In this document: positions 25,292 through 38,566 of the stretch, one piece after another
Numbering within the stretch: the stretch's first letter is position 1
Layout of the letters: each line of letters begins with the position of its first letter
Assembly: GCA_964276515.1 (NCBI GenBank)
Contig: OZ193909.1
Location: 13,516,001 to 13,580,000 of the forward strand
DNA length: 64,000 nucleotides
Reading direction: 5' to 3'
Source of the DNA: Gordius albopunctatus
Taxonomy: Eukaryota
Position numbers and translations under genes: made by a program
Notes under the pieces: model-generated
Databases searched by the model: none
Seen by the model: only the letters and a program-made list of their open reading frames with translations
What the model was told of the DNA's origin: nothing

Positions 25292-26990
25292 TATTTTAGA
25301 AGATTATTACCCTCATAGTCAATGTTCTTTCGATAATAAATATAAAGAATATTTTATAAAGTTAAATTTTTAGCTTTAAATGATTAGCTGAATAAACTGT
25401 AACGAGTGAAAACGGATTCTTCATTTTAAACTTATCCTAGTTGTAAATTACGAGCAATAACAATCTAATGCATTTTATATCTAGATGGTGAAAAAATTTT
25501 TGATAATATATTTTTTTAAAAATTTTATTTGGAAAATCGGATCGGGCTCGGGTCGGGCCAAAAATAAAAAAGTCTTTCGGGCCGGGCAGAAGAAATTTCA
25601 TTTTGCAGGGCTCTAACTATCGTATAGATAGTATAAAACTTAAATAGATTTTATAAATTATACATTACCGGTGGATAAATGATAAATTTACAGTGAAATT
25701 GGATAAATAAACAACAGTTTTATTTGATTTTGACGACCTCCAGATGTTTGCAGTTTTGTTACAATTTCTTTAACTGATCCAACGAGATCCAACCGACCCG
25801 CGGCTACTTTCAAGTATTAGATGATGGACATAAGAAATAATGACATTTGTATACATACATGATGTATAATACCATCAATATCATCATACATATTATAATA
25901 CCGAAAAAAATTATGAGGGAAACAAGCGTTCAGGTACGGGGAAGGAGGAGATTCAAGAAAGCCTTGAATGGCAATAGAAGTTTGTGATGGCATAAAATTA
26001 AAAAAATCTTATTTAAATCCTTACTACACAAACACATACATAGGAAATATTGTGGGAATAAAAAGTTGGTAAATATTTAAAACATAGCGGTTATTGATAA
26101 AGAGCATCAATCTTTATAGTAATTGGTTTGGGCCTTTCAACGTAACCGTGACTAAAAAGACCAAGTGTCCAGTACCTGGCAATGATTTGCAAGTTACACT
26201 ATTTTTATGTTTTCACTATTGAATTAAATATGCAATTTTAAAGTTAATATACAGTAGAAGTCGCGTTGGAAAATTCTCGATCGAATTACGGATGCAAAAC
26301 TCCCAAACCCTTTATTGCCCGATTCACTAATGCTGTCCGAAATGCCGGGCCCAAAATGACGATTTTAAATTTCAGGCATTAATTTTTTCATATTTTTGAT
26401 TAAATTTCTAGAATATTTATAAATAAAAAAGTGACAAAAAAAGTAAACTTTATGTAAAAAATTTCATTGTTATGGTGTCCGCCCAGGCCTACTTGAAAAT
26501 CTTAATTTATGCCGGGTGCATGCCCGGCCTCTTGGCTGAGTGGCCCGAATTTTTGGTTGTTTAATTTTTATTTACAAATAAAATGTTGGAAAAAAGTTTC
26601 CAGCTCCCCCCCCCCGAGAAAATCCTGGTTACGCGCCTAAAGACAAATGACTAAAAATTTTCCAAGTATGCATTAACTATAAAGCATAACAAAAAATATA
26701 TAATTAAAAATTAAAGTTTTTATCACCTAAATATAAATTCATAACCTGGTAAAACGTAATGACGTTTTTACAATAAAATATCGTTCAAGATTGATAATTT
26801 TGAGGCCTCATATTTTATCCCATTTATTCATGTCAATTTAATATTTATAAATAGTGTCAACCTTATATTCTTAAAAATATTATTTTAGCATACATTTTAT
26901 TGCTTTCAATGTATGCCCACATAAAAAATAGTAGGGGAGACCGGGGCTATCCTTATCTTCTTAAATAATTTCCATGTTATTAATTTGTAT

Positions 26991-27156
26991 TAGAGGTGTG
27001 CATGGATCATATTTTTTTGATCCGATCCGATCCGAGGGGTTTTTGAAAAATTTCATATCCATCCGATCCGATCCGAGTTTTTAAAAATCTAAATCCGATC
27101 CGAGTTTTGACGGATCGGATCGGATGTCGGATCGGATTGATCCGTGCACACCTCTA
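26991..27156. mobile_element. Palindromic hAT-type MITE (166 bp) nested in the TA-TSD element
   Basis: TIR TAGAGGTGTGCA(T/C)GGATC; TCCGA/TCGGA pentamer arrays; TSD ATTTGTAT/ATTTGTAC. Confidence 0.85.
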
Positions 27157-28069
27157 ATTTGTACCCAGTCAAATTTATATTTTAAATGTACTTTATATAG
27201 GCGCATCCCAGGTACAAAAAATTTTGTGAGGAAAATTACTAGGGTAAAAATTGTAGTAAAAACAAGATTTTTTGGGTCTAAAAGCTCCTTTTTTTAATTT
27301 TTCTATTTTGCTAATAACTTTAAAACTATGTCATCTTTCAGCTTCAACCTAATTTTAGGTAAAAACGTATGAATTTTTCTATAATAATTAACTATAAATA
27401 AATAATTTTTTTGAAGATGACTATCTAAAAAAAATTTGCAAACTTCTTTTCTAATCATGGGGCTATCTAGAGCGGGGCTATAAATATCTCTAATTTAAAA
27501 ATGGTGCAAACCTACAAATGTAAAACAAATTTGTACAAGATAATGAAATGAAAAATAAAGTACTTAAAGCTATGACAGAGAAGATTAGCCTGAAAGATTT
27601 AGCCTTACAAACAAACTTTAGCTATTCTACTTTAAAAAGATATCACAATATATTTAAAAGGAGAATCATTTGTTAGGGAATGTAAAAAAAGAATGATATT
27701 TAATAAGTAGCAGGAGGAGAAATTAGCATCATATTTAATTAAGCAAACTTTATTCATGTGTGACCTTTAAACAAGTATTTTATCAATATATGGTAAAATT
27801 TGTTAAGGTTAGGTATTCGGCTTATCAAATGGCATTACAGTTTAATTTATCAATGCCTAATTCATGGGTAGAATATGAATAAGCAGGTGCTGATTGGTTT
27901 TCATCTTTTATTAAAAGACCTGACTTTATTAAGGACTCTGCAATAAATTAGAACTTTAATTCCATTTCATGATTGTCAAGTTTATGTGACACTTTTATAT
28001 TAATAAAACATTTAAATCAATGATTTCAACTTAATAATCTCTGTAAAAACACATTTACCTTATATTCTG

Positions 28070-28370
28070 TTTATGAAGCTTTATAAGCTATAAAAGACAA
28101 ACTTAATATTTAACAATATTATAAAATATCATATGAAACTTTATAAGCTATAAAAGACAAACTTTTAATATCTAGCAATATTATAAATAGTACTATTATA
28201 GTTTATTATATGAAACTTTATAGCTTTAAAAAACAAACTTATAATATTATAGCAATTATAAATTATTGTATGAAACTATATATGTTATGAAAGATAAACT
28301 TTTACTATTTTAGAAATTATAAATTAATATATGATACTTGATATACTACAAAAGACAAACTTTTAATATT
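28070..28370. repeat. AT-rich minisatellite, ~60-75-bp unit, 5 copies
   Basis: Repeated TATGAAACTTTATAAGCTATAAAAGACAAACTT core near 28072, 28131, 28207, 28268 and 28327. Confidence 0.75.
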
Positions 28371-28799
28371 TAAGCACATCACATAAGTTATTTATACTAT
28401 TTAAACTTTAAATTATAGAGGACACCTTAGGCCCTTTTGAAGGTCACCTTAACCCCGGTCATTTTTCGAAGTTATACGAGTTGTCTTTTTTTTTGAAACA
28501 TTCCTATAAAAAATCTATTAGCTGTATTGCCATAATATTTTTTCCTATAATAAACATTGTGGGCAAGAACATTTTTTTGAAAAAATTATATAAAAATTGG
28601 TTGAAAATTTTTATCCAGGCCTGTTTGATTTTTTATGGCTACGATAGACCCGGTCTCCCCTAGTCAGAAAAATAACCAAAAATTGAATCTTACCCACTCC
28701 AATCGCTAAAAATAAATAAAATGTGGTCAATGTAAATTTTATGGTCTCAATAAAATGCAAAAATTAAAAAAAATAATTACAAAAGTTTAAAGACCTCAA

Positions 28800-28923
28800 T
28801 GACGGGCGTAGCCAGGGAGGGGCGGCTGCCCTCCATCTGAATTCCTTACAATTTTTATAATTAAGGGTAAAATGTCAAAAAATTGACATCCCACATAAAG
28901 TTTCAATTTTGGCTATGCCCATG
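28800..28923. mobile_element. hAT-type MITE (CATGGGCGTAGCC family)
   Basis: GGGCGTAGCCAG ... TGGCTATGCCCATG termini with TSD GACCTCAA on both sides. Confidence 0.75.
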
Positions 28924-29582
28924 GACCTCAAGTTAAAATATCGTGTCATATTGACCCTCGAAAGCAATTTGGAGTAGGTCCAACTAATAATTAAACAGGC
29001 TTAGCTGCCAATTTTCATTTAATATTTAGGGGGGGGGGTTTTGATAAGAAAAAAATTCAGAGATACTTGTGCCGTTTCCTGTTGCAAAAAAAGACACAGA
29101 CATGTTTTTTTAGACTAATATGATCCAAATACTTAACAAAAATTAGAGTAATCTTTGTCAATTTTATGGAAACAGCTTTAAAATTAATTAAAATTTTTTC
29201 TCATTTACCTCTTTTCTATTTTATTAGTTAACTAATGTTTGATTGTAAAAGAACTTTTATAATAAATAATTTGTATTTATAGGTATAATTATTTTGAGAA
29301 AGGTTTTTTTAAAGAAAGAGAAACTTGAACACATTCCATTACTATTTCAGAAATCAAGTTATAGAATTATCAACTAAAACTACATTTATGAATTGTATAG
29401 AACTAAATAAACAATGAGATCATCTATATATAAATGTACAAATTTGTATATTGTTGTATGTAGGATAAAATGTAATGTGGCATTCAATTTTATTATTAAT
29501 AGCTATGTTATAAGCAAGTTTTTTTTTCAAAAATTTATAGTTTAATTTTGATGATCAACTTTTTAATTTAACGCTTTTCAAG

Positions 29583-32500
29583 GTGCAAAAGATGAAATTG
29601 AATCAGTGAGAATCCATATCCTCTTCTCTGCCTTTCATGGCTACGGACGCCCACAATGCTCCCGAAACGGATAAAGTTAAAGTGATAGATATGACGGGTC
29701 GGCAAACTAGAGTTATGTTGGGTAAGGCCATGGTCAAATTTTATAAAATTTAAAGTTGTACAACATAAATTCCCTTTCTTTTACTTAATGTAAGTTTCTT
29801 AATTTTGTAATTATCGGAATGAGTTAGCGAACGACAGAATGAGAATTGTGATGTTTTTGAAATTCAAACTTTTGTTGAAGAGCAATCTTTGGGCCTAGTA
29901 AAGGGGGTCTCATGTTAATGCTTGGTCTTCATCTCACCTTGTAACAAAATATTGTGGTTGATACTCTTAAATCCTGACTAAGATATCCACCTTGCAGTTC
30001 CTATGTAAATTTTATTGAATTTTATTGGTATTATAATTTAACCAATTTATTGATAATCTTTCCACAATTTTTTTTCAGCTTTTTATGGCAAAAAAGTTAG
30101 AAAAGACAGACAGTCAGGATATTTTATTTACCCATGGTCGACATATAAATTGCAGTGAATAGCGAAAATGCCGATACTTGATGCAAAATGCACAAATTCA
30201 ATGTGAACCACGACACTTATTTCAATGGCCTAATCGGGCTCATTCGTTGTCTAAATTAACGTTTTTCCCTTTGATTTAATCACCCTATTTTCGCTATATT
30301 AATTTTTAACTACTTGACCAGGAATTCATTTATTTTATACGTGATCTCCTAGAATAATGCAATCTATACCTAAAGGTTACGAATCCATATCTCAACGCCT
30401 CAATAAACCCGACCTCGGGTGCGACCACCGAGCTATGGCCGGTAAAACGTTATCGACCGCCCTGTTCGATTTGCCCGAACTTAGGCATAACTTGGACGTG
30501 CTCATTAATCAGAGCGAGAGGGCCCTGGTTAATAATCAGCAGAGATTGGCTTACGAAACTCAGCAGGCCGAGAGATTGAGGGAGAAAGCGGACAATTTGA
30601 GTAGAACCATCGAAAAGGAGGCGATAGAAGCTGAAAGATTAACGAAATTAGCCACTTTTCTCGAAAAGTTTGTGCTTTTCATTATAAAATGCATGAATAT
30701 CTTGTTTAGTTTCCCCCGCTTTAAACATGTAATTTTCAGTGTTTTTTTGGCTTGATTTTTCGAAGTAAATAGCTGGGCCGCAACTTCGGTTTAGACTTAA
30801 ATCGATTTTAGAAAGGTAACTTATTTAGCAATCTCTAGTCATTTGAAAAGTTTCTAATTGCTTCAAATACAGTTGTATTTACATATTTTACTTAAAAGTT
30901 TATGAAATAGGAGATTTTAATATGAGAATGGTCTTATTTATTTATTTGTTTATTTATATGTATAGTAGTGTACAAAGCGAGGGAACATTTGACGCTTTGG
31001 AGCAATGTAAAAAGATCTTGGAGGCCTTTAAAGACGAATTTAGGGATGAATACACTTAAAACGCTAGTTTCTGCCATCGTCTACCCCATGGTATAAATAA
31101 AAATTCTTTGCATCGATAAAAACATAAAATAACAATATATTCATCATTGATACTCTTATATTTACTTAATGTTAGTTTTACAAATCCTTTACTTTATCTT
31201 TTATGTATATTTAAATTTTAAAATGACTGCTCAACCCAAGGGTTATACATAATTTTTTTACACACAAATTTCGGGCCTCTATTAAATTAGAAACTTTATT
31301 ATGGATTTTTTTTAAATTTACAAATATCTCTTTAAACCAGCGAGGTTGGTAAATTTTTGAAAGTGTTTTATAAGTAAGTTTATCTCTTAGCTCCATACGC
31401 CGAGACTATAGATTCATAGTGCTGATTTAGTTTAGGCCATGATATTTCCAATCAGTGATCTATATATGAGTTAGGACATAGATCATAGGAAATTAACAAG
31501 CAAAATCTAAAATTTTAAGTATTTAGAATCAAAAACCAATCATAAAATTGAAAACTTAGATGCTTAAACAATGCATTTACTATGCATAAATTTGGTCGTA
31601 TAAATCTAACTCTTGCATGATATTTTACGAAATTTTTTCTTCAAATTTCAGCTTAAAAGATACTTTGAAAACTTGGATCTCTTGATAGATCCCGAACGTG
31701 GTTCTGAAACGCTGGCTGAATGGAGAGAAATATTGAAAGATTTAGAATCTAACATGCCAAATATAATTTTCGGCATTTTTGACTCTGACTCCTCTAGCGG
31801 TGGCAATCATCTTTACGAACGCGTTATGTGGCTTATTTGGATGCCCAAGATAAGGAAATCACTACAGTAAGAAACATTTATTTTATATACACCTTTAAAC
31901 TTATATATATAAGTGAAAAATAAATTGTAAAATTGCGGATTACCTTACAAAAACTTTGTTGAACTTATAAAGTCTATGAAGATTTGATAATTTTAATTTG
32001 TCCATAAGAAATGTATTAAAATTGAAATATAAAGACTTTGCGAGAAGAGTTACAGTCATAAGTTCGTTATTATGTTTCCCTTGCCATAATTAATTGTTGT
32101 TTAAAGGGTAAACATTTCAAGCACCTTTTCCTTGGTCTGTATAATGTCCAAAATCACTTTTTTACTCAAAGGGACACCTACCAAATATTGTGACGTCTTC
32201 TTCAGCTGTAACTAGTTGATAAACACACCATAAAATCGAGCAAATAATAAAAGCAGGAGCGTTGCCGATACATAACTCGTTTGTTTTAAGATTAAAAGCG
32301 ATGATTTTGACTTTTTGAACCTTTGACCATTGGTCCGAGAAAAGTGATTGAAAAATAAAAAAGCAGACGATTTTAATAAGCAAATGTTTTAATTTAAATT
32401 TCCTTCACATAAAAAATTACGTTCTTCGAGGCTAATTATGCAACTTGACAATATTTGTAAAGGAATTGGAACCTTAGAGATTACGAAACGGTAATACGTT

Positions 32501-34930
32501 TGATTCAAGTTTGGGAGCATCTCTTGCCTGGCTGGCTTTTGCAAAATTTTCTAGAACAGCTCATTTTGCCTCGCCTGCAAATAGCCGTAGATGAGTGGAA
32601 CCCATATACACGCTTGGGTACACCCCTGGTTGCCCTATTTAGGTGATATACATCTTACAACATAAATTCAAATACTTTAATTTAATAAATTATTATACAC
32701 CCCATCTAGAAATATTTTTAATTTATTCGTGAATTTTTTTTATCAACCACCTCATGGCCGGTCCCAAACCTTTTATAATTGAAATTTGATAACTGGGCAT
32801 AAAGGAGTCCCCATAGTAAAATTGGTGATAATATATAATGGGCAAAGTGGTTTTCCACAAATTTAACCATAAAACACTGACCGCAAAAGTTTGCGGTTTT
32901 TCGCTCGTTATATACTGTGTATTCAATCCATTATTGTTTTTCCCCTAATGATGAGCTATAATAGCCCCGAATACCGCGTTTTATTTCCATCTACCTACTT
33001 TAGAAATCCGAACCCACCGATTTTGTTACAAAGAAATTTATATCTTGTTTAACAATTAGTATTACTAATAGTAGGATGACTTATTATGGTGTTTTATAAA
33101 AGTTTCAGATTTATTAATCTGATGTTTCTAGCGAATTGTGTATATATTCGACGTCCGTAGGGTTGTTATGTTAGATTAATATTAGGGCTGTGCCATTGAT
33201 TTTTTAACCTAGGGTTTATAATAATAGTAGAATCACAAATATTCGTTCTAGGAGGCAATTATCTTTGAAGATAAGAGGAATATAAATTTAATATTTTAAA
33301 CCGCGAAACGACCAGGACCAATTAAGTTGACCATAAATTATAGGTAAATGAATTAAATAAAATGAAGAATTTAACGTTTCCTCCTATCTGTTAATTTTTT
33401 CTATCGAATTTTTACAAATACCAAATTTATATTCAGGGCATTCCATGAATCCATGTAATAATAAATTTTTTGACAATAATTGAATTATATAGTGCTGTAA
33501 GTGAACGCGTTCAAATTTTATGAACGCGTTCATGAACGGCGTTCTTTTATTTTTTGGTGAACTTTGATGAACGCGTTCGAATTTAACGTTCGTTCAATTT
33601 TAAAAACCCTTTTTTGTTTTTATTTATTTGAAAATTAATGTCAATCCGAATTTTTAACAAAAAAGTATTATATTTTTTAATCAGCTGTTTTTCCTGTTTC
33701 CTATTACCAATTCCGAAATACTTTTAACATACTATAACGTGCAAAAGAAGATAAGATTAAAGTTAATTAGTTTGATATTATTAATTATAGTTTAATTTAT
33801 AGGTTAATATGGACAATCATAATATTATATCGTCGTCATCTTCAGATTCTGAATATTCAAAATCAGCAGATGAATTGAAATTGCCATGGCCAAAATATGA
33901 AAAATATTTTTCACTCGTTTCATATAAAAGATCAAATTCAATAATTAAAATGAACCTATAAAGAATAAACTTTTAGTGTTATTGAAAAAAGGGATTGAAA
34001 CCCCTAGAATTGATAATGAAAGAGCTGTCAATTCCGAGATATCATTTTTTTTGGCGAGGAAGTAGAGGGCGCATTGGAGGATGATATCTTATCGCAATTT
34101 TTTGAAGCGAAGGACAAAACATTAAAAGTTTTTAATAAATTTCCTCCTCTAAAAAATTTGTTTAAGTATAATACTCCAATCCCCTCATCTGCCCTGTGGA
34201 GCAGGTTTTTAGTATAGCTAATGCTGTATTAACTGCCAGCGTTCCTGCTTATCAGACGACAATTTTGAAAAACAATTATTATTAAAAATTAATAAGAAAA
34301 TATATTATATTGATTTATAATTATATTGTCGAATCAAAACTATTATTTTTTATCATGGCTATTTATTGTATTAAAAAATATAAGAGATTTTTCTTTATAT
34401 TAAATTAAATTTAAAAAAAATTTATCATAAAATTTTGAACGAACGTGAACGCGTTCATTTTTTTCTAAACGAACGTGAACGCGTTCGATTTTTGTCAATG
34501 AACGTTGAACGCGTTCGATTTTTTTACAAATGTTTACAGCACTAAATTATTATAATACAGATGATCGTCTCGAAATCTTGTACGGGCCCATTCGTCATAA
34601 ATTGGGTTCCGCCCTGCAAAATTGGCATCCCTCAGACGCTTCGGCCAAAGCTATCCTCTCCCCTTGGGCACCCGTTTTTGGGGCCACGCACTTCGAAGCT
34701 TTTCTCGTGCGCGCGATCTTGCCAAAATTGGAAGCTTGCGCTCGTGACGCTCTAATCATTGACCCCAGCGCTCAACGCCTGGGGCCTTTTCATTGGCTCA
34801 TGGATTGGCACGAGCTTTTAGCGCCCGCCCATATCGCGCTCATAGCGCAACGCTAAGTTTTCCCCAAACTCGCGCGAGCGCTTAACGCTTGGCTCACTAG
34901 CGCACCGAATTACGCTCAAATAAGCGATTG
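29583..34930 (+). pseudogene. TFIP11: Tuftelin-interacting protein 11 (STIP/Ntr1) unprocessed pseudogene fragment (GCFC region)
   Basis: Exons 29583-29721, 30376-30667, 30966-31090, 31652-31866, 32463-32642, 34561-34930. Motifs KVKVIDMTGRQTRV, FDLPELRHNLDVL, LEQLILPRLQIAVDEWNP, HAWVHPWLP, PIRHKLGSALQNWHPSDASAKAILSPW, WLTSAPNYAQISDW. Lesions: in-frame TGA at ~29607, frameshifts near 31054 and 32608, in-frame TAA at 34854-34856. No G-patch exons or 3' exons found. Confidence 0.85.
33490..34544 (+). mobile_element. Non-autonomous hAT element, longer copy of 9716-10422
   Basis: TAGTGCTGTAA ... TTACAGCACTA TIR; GAACGCGTTC repeats; near-identical to 9716-10422 plus an extra ~270-bp block encoding MDNHNIISSSSSDSEYSKSADELKLPWPKYEKYF. 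Confidence 0.85.
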
Positions 34931-35216
34931 GTGAGGGCAGGGCGCACGTCGAATATTTTGTAGTTTAACTGGCTGTGAGAGAGTTTGTGTTTTTTATAGC
35001 ATTATAATATAATAAACAGTTATTATATTTATATATAGAGAAGAATTAAAATTTATTACTTTTACTTGATATTTATAATAAATTTGATTGATTGGGTAGT
35101 TTTAATAATATAAGGTTTGGTTCCAAAAATTATAATTATAACCATTTTAATAAATATATATTGAGCATTATTTAAATTGTGCCATAAAATAAAATATATG
35201 TTTGATTGTTTCTATT

Positions 35217-36260
35217 TTAGCAATTTTCTTTAAGTCTTTTAGCTGGTAAAGATTCATTGAGGGTGCTATTTGACATCATTTTACGCTTGGCTTGACGTCT
35301 AAACCTTAATTTTGAAGTTCGATTTGGCGTTAGACTGGGAGATTTTGATAAAAATGTGGACATTTCAAAATTATATTTTTCAAAAAATTTATTTCTATCT
35401 GCCCTTGCTTCAACTAAACGATTCAACATAGTTTGAAGGTTTTGACTTGGTGGCAAAAGTGGATCCATATCATTCATATAAATATTGCACAAATTACCTA
35501 AAAAGATGTATTATATTAGATTAACAGATAAATATTTATAACTAATTAGACAAATATAATTAAACAATTTCAAACATTTTTAAACTTACTCATGTTAAGC
35601 AGTTTGTGTTCCATGACATGAAGGTTGTATGAATATTGTCGGAGAGTATGCATGTGATGGTGTATAATGCAAGGATCTGGTCCATCTTCTTCAATCACTT
35701 CATCCAAACTAGCTCCTTCTTGAGCTAATTGACCATCAGACCAACACACTCTTTTGATAGAAGAGTTTTTGAATTTAGAATCTGTTGTTTGGAATTTCTG
35801 GTCCTTGAAAAAGTGTTCATTTGAAAGAGGATCCACTACTAAGCGATGAAGAAATGTATAAGAGTAAAGCAGCAATCCATGGGTTCCTAGCTCTTTTAAA
35901 TTGATTTTGATGCCTTCCATTAGCATATGAGTCCTACGTACAGCTGCATCTACATCCTTATAAAGTTGCCCCAGTGCTACATCTCTTTCGTTTCTTTTCT
36001 TTGTAGGATTTTGATTGTTTGAAACATCTGAACTTGTTTGCTGTTGAGAAATATTATCCAATTTTGACAAGCACATGATAATCTTTAAACCTAAAACAAG
36101 ATTCAAATTAAGTTATGCCAATATATTATAAATAAAAAATTTAGTACTAATATAAAGTATACCTCTCAACGTGATTTAGCGCTTCTGTACAGTAGACGAC
36201 TGACCTGTTAGGCGACAACCAATTAGGTAACAGATTTATGTCATCTTCGAATGAGCGCAA
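35217..36260 (-). CDS. Spliced coding fragment of unknown function (possibly pseudogenic)
   Basis: Exons 35590-36090 and 35217-35497 join in frame across a 92-nt GTAAGT...TTTTAG intron (~260 codons, ending in a basic NLS-like PAKRLK). A candidate upstream exon at 36163-36260 does not join in frame. Confidence 0.45.
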
Positions 36261-36885
36261 CTGAAGAAAAAATACAGTGATAACCAAGTGATGAAAACCA
36301 ACAAGGTTATATGACACATTTGCACTACTATGTTCACATTATAATTATGCATTTTTTAAAACCAAATGCAGAGTTAATACGAACAATATCTACTTATTTT
36401 GTTACCAAAAAGCTTTTGCACCACATAAAAGTAAGATTTTTGGGCCTAAGTGAATTTATATGTATTTTAGCTAATTTAACTTATATGCTAATTTCATTAC
36501 TTATATTAGTTGTAACAAGTTCTTGTCTTCAACAAGTAAATTTATGTGCAATTATTGATCTTCCAACTCAAGCTGTCCAATGTTCAAAGTATTTTATGTG
36601 CTATTTTTTAAATCTTTAGATTAGTCAATGTTAAAACAATGATTTTTAAAAAGAATTACAATTAAAGCTCAAACCTATGGTTGACCTCATGTCTGTCACC
36701 ACAAAATATTACCTATTCATTGCATTAAATATGTACCATTTTTAACATTATATCAAACACTGAATAAACTGATCTTTCATTTATTATATTATAAATTTTT
36801 ATACTTAGAGGTCATCTTTGACTATAGTGCTGGCTGATTATCATCTTTTTCTATACATATAGGATTGGCTAATGCATTGACTTAA

Positions 36886-37103
36886 CCCATTAAAGCCTAC
36901 TGTTGAATATATCATACAAAAAATACCATGTTTAGTATAAAAATTTGCATACTTAAATACCTTTTGATATTATCAAATTTGGTTTTTATTAAAGCTTAAA
37001 ATAGGATTTATGGTATAAATTAATTTTATGTTTGCTAATTAATTGGCTTCCATTTTTTGTAAAAGAAGGGACTTTTCTTAAAATAGTGTCCTGTCTTAAT
37101 GGG
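36886..37103. mobile_element. piggyBac-like MITE
   Basis: TTAA-CCCATTAA ... TTAATGGG-TTAA: CCC/GGG termini with a TTAA TSD. Confidence 0.65.
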
Positions 37104-37109
37104 TTAATA

Positions 37110-38558
37110 TTAAAGAAAATTGCGTTGCAGATGCCTTGTCGCGGCTACCTTTACCGGAAATTAACGAAGGGGTATCGGAAGACGAAAAAAATTTTGCCTG
37201 CCTAAAGTCACCCTAGATGACTTATGGGTGTCGGAAAAAACAATCGCGAAGAAAACTCTTGGTGATAGCACTCTCAAGAAAGTCTTGATATATATAGATA
37301 AAAGTTGGAATGTAAACAAAAATGCCGTCAGCGAAGATGTATTACCGTATTTTAATAGGAAAAGTGAATTATGTTCGGATAAGGGTATTATACAATGGAA
37401 TGGTCAGATAGTCATACCAAAGACACTACGTAAGTCTGTATTACATATTTTGCATAGAGGACATCCTGGGATTAACGCAATAAAAGCTATTAGTAAATAT
37501 TATGTTTACTGGCCAGGTTTGGACTTAAACATTAATAAATTTATTGCGAATTGTGGTAATTGTCAAAGGAACCGCATAAATATTCCTGAAGTCCCATTAT
37601 ATTCGTGGAACGTAACGAACACGCCCTGGGAACGATTACATATAAATCTAGCAGAACCGATGGACTACCACTACTGGTTTGTCGGTATTGACTCTTATTC
37701 AAAGTAGATTGAAGTGGAACTCCTTAGGAATAAATATTCTAAAATAGTGATAAAAAACTAAAATGGTGGTTTTGTCGCTTTGGTGTTCCACGTCAAATAG
37801 TCAGCGATAATGGACCTCAGTTTACTTCCATTGAGTTTCGGCACTTCTGTAAGGATTATAATATAGTGCATATTCTGACCTCTCCATACCATCCCAAGAC
37901 TAATGGTTGTGCAGAGAGATGTATTAGAACATTAAAAAGCCGCTACTTGGCCACCAGAGAAGACATCAACGATCCGGAGGAGTGTATGAATAAAATTTTA
38001 TCAACATACAGGGTTTGTGAACATAACTCAACAGGTAGGTCGCCATCCAAGATGCTGTTCGGATGGAGGAAAAGGACAATGCTCGATTGGTCCCGACCAA
38101 GTCCCCAAACCATTATGGAACACAAAATTAATAAACAAGCCTTTCACCACAATATGACGACACGTCCACGAAACTTTGAAATAAATGAATCAGTCTGGGT
38201 AAAAAATGAATTGACACCAGGATGGCGGGAAAGAAAAGTACTTGCTAGGAATGGGTTATTGTCCTATAGCGTTGAAGGTAATAATAAATTCGTGCGCAAA
38301 CATGCGGACCAATTCAGAAAAAGAGAAGAGGAGGTAGTTGAAGATCAAAATTCGGCTTGCCCGGTTGTAAATGATGCATCATTTGAAGAGGAGGAGGTAG
38401 TTTATGATCAAGAGATATCAAGACCAGAACCTGTAGAGTCAATACGGGAAGAACTATTGCCGGGAGATATTGACATACCGGAAGATAAAGATGATGGAAA
38501 CTTAAAAAGGGAAAATAGACCAAGGAAGCCATCGCTGAGATTAATTGAAGAAATTTAA
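37110..38558 (+). mobile_element. Ty3/Gypsy LTR retrotransposon pol fragment (RNase H end + integrase), degenerate
   Basis: NCVADALSRLP; HHCC zinc motif LHRGHPGI...CGNCQ; PWERLHINL, GIDSYSK*IEV, FGVPRQIVSDNGPQF, PYHPKTNGCAER; contains stops and frameshifts. Confidence 0.92.
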
Positions 38559-38566
38559 AGCTGGTT

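Larger units (their letters stand above)
26934..28660. mobile_element. Non-autonomous TIR element with TA target site (Tc1/mariner-like)
   Basis: Termini GGGGAGACCGGGGCTATC ... GATAGACCCGGTCTCCCC, each flanked by TA; similar isolated termini near 17141 and 23163. Confidence 0.65.

Noticed and set aside
34854..34856. Stop-codon readthrough or a variant genetic code to rescue TFIP11
   Set aside because: The same locus also has frameshifts, and the two intact genes use TAA/TGA as normal stops with none internal.
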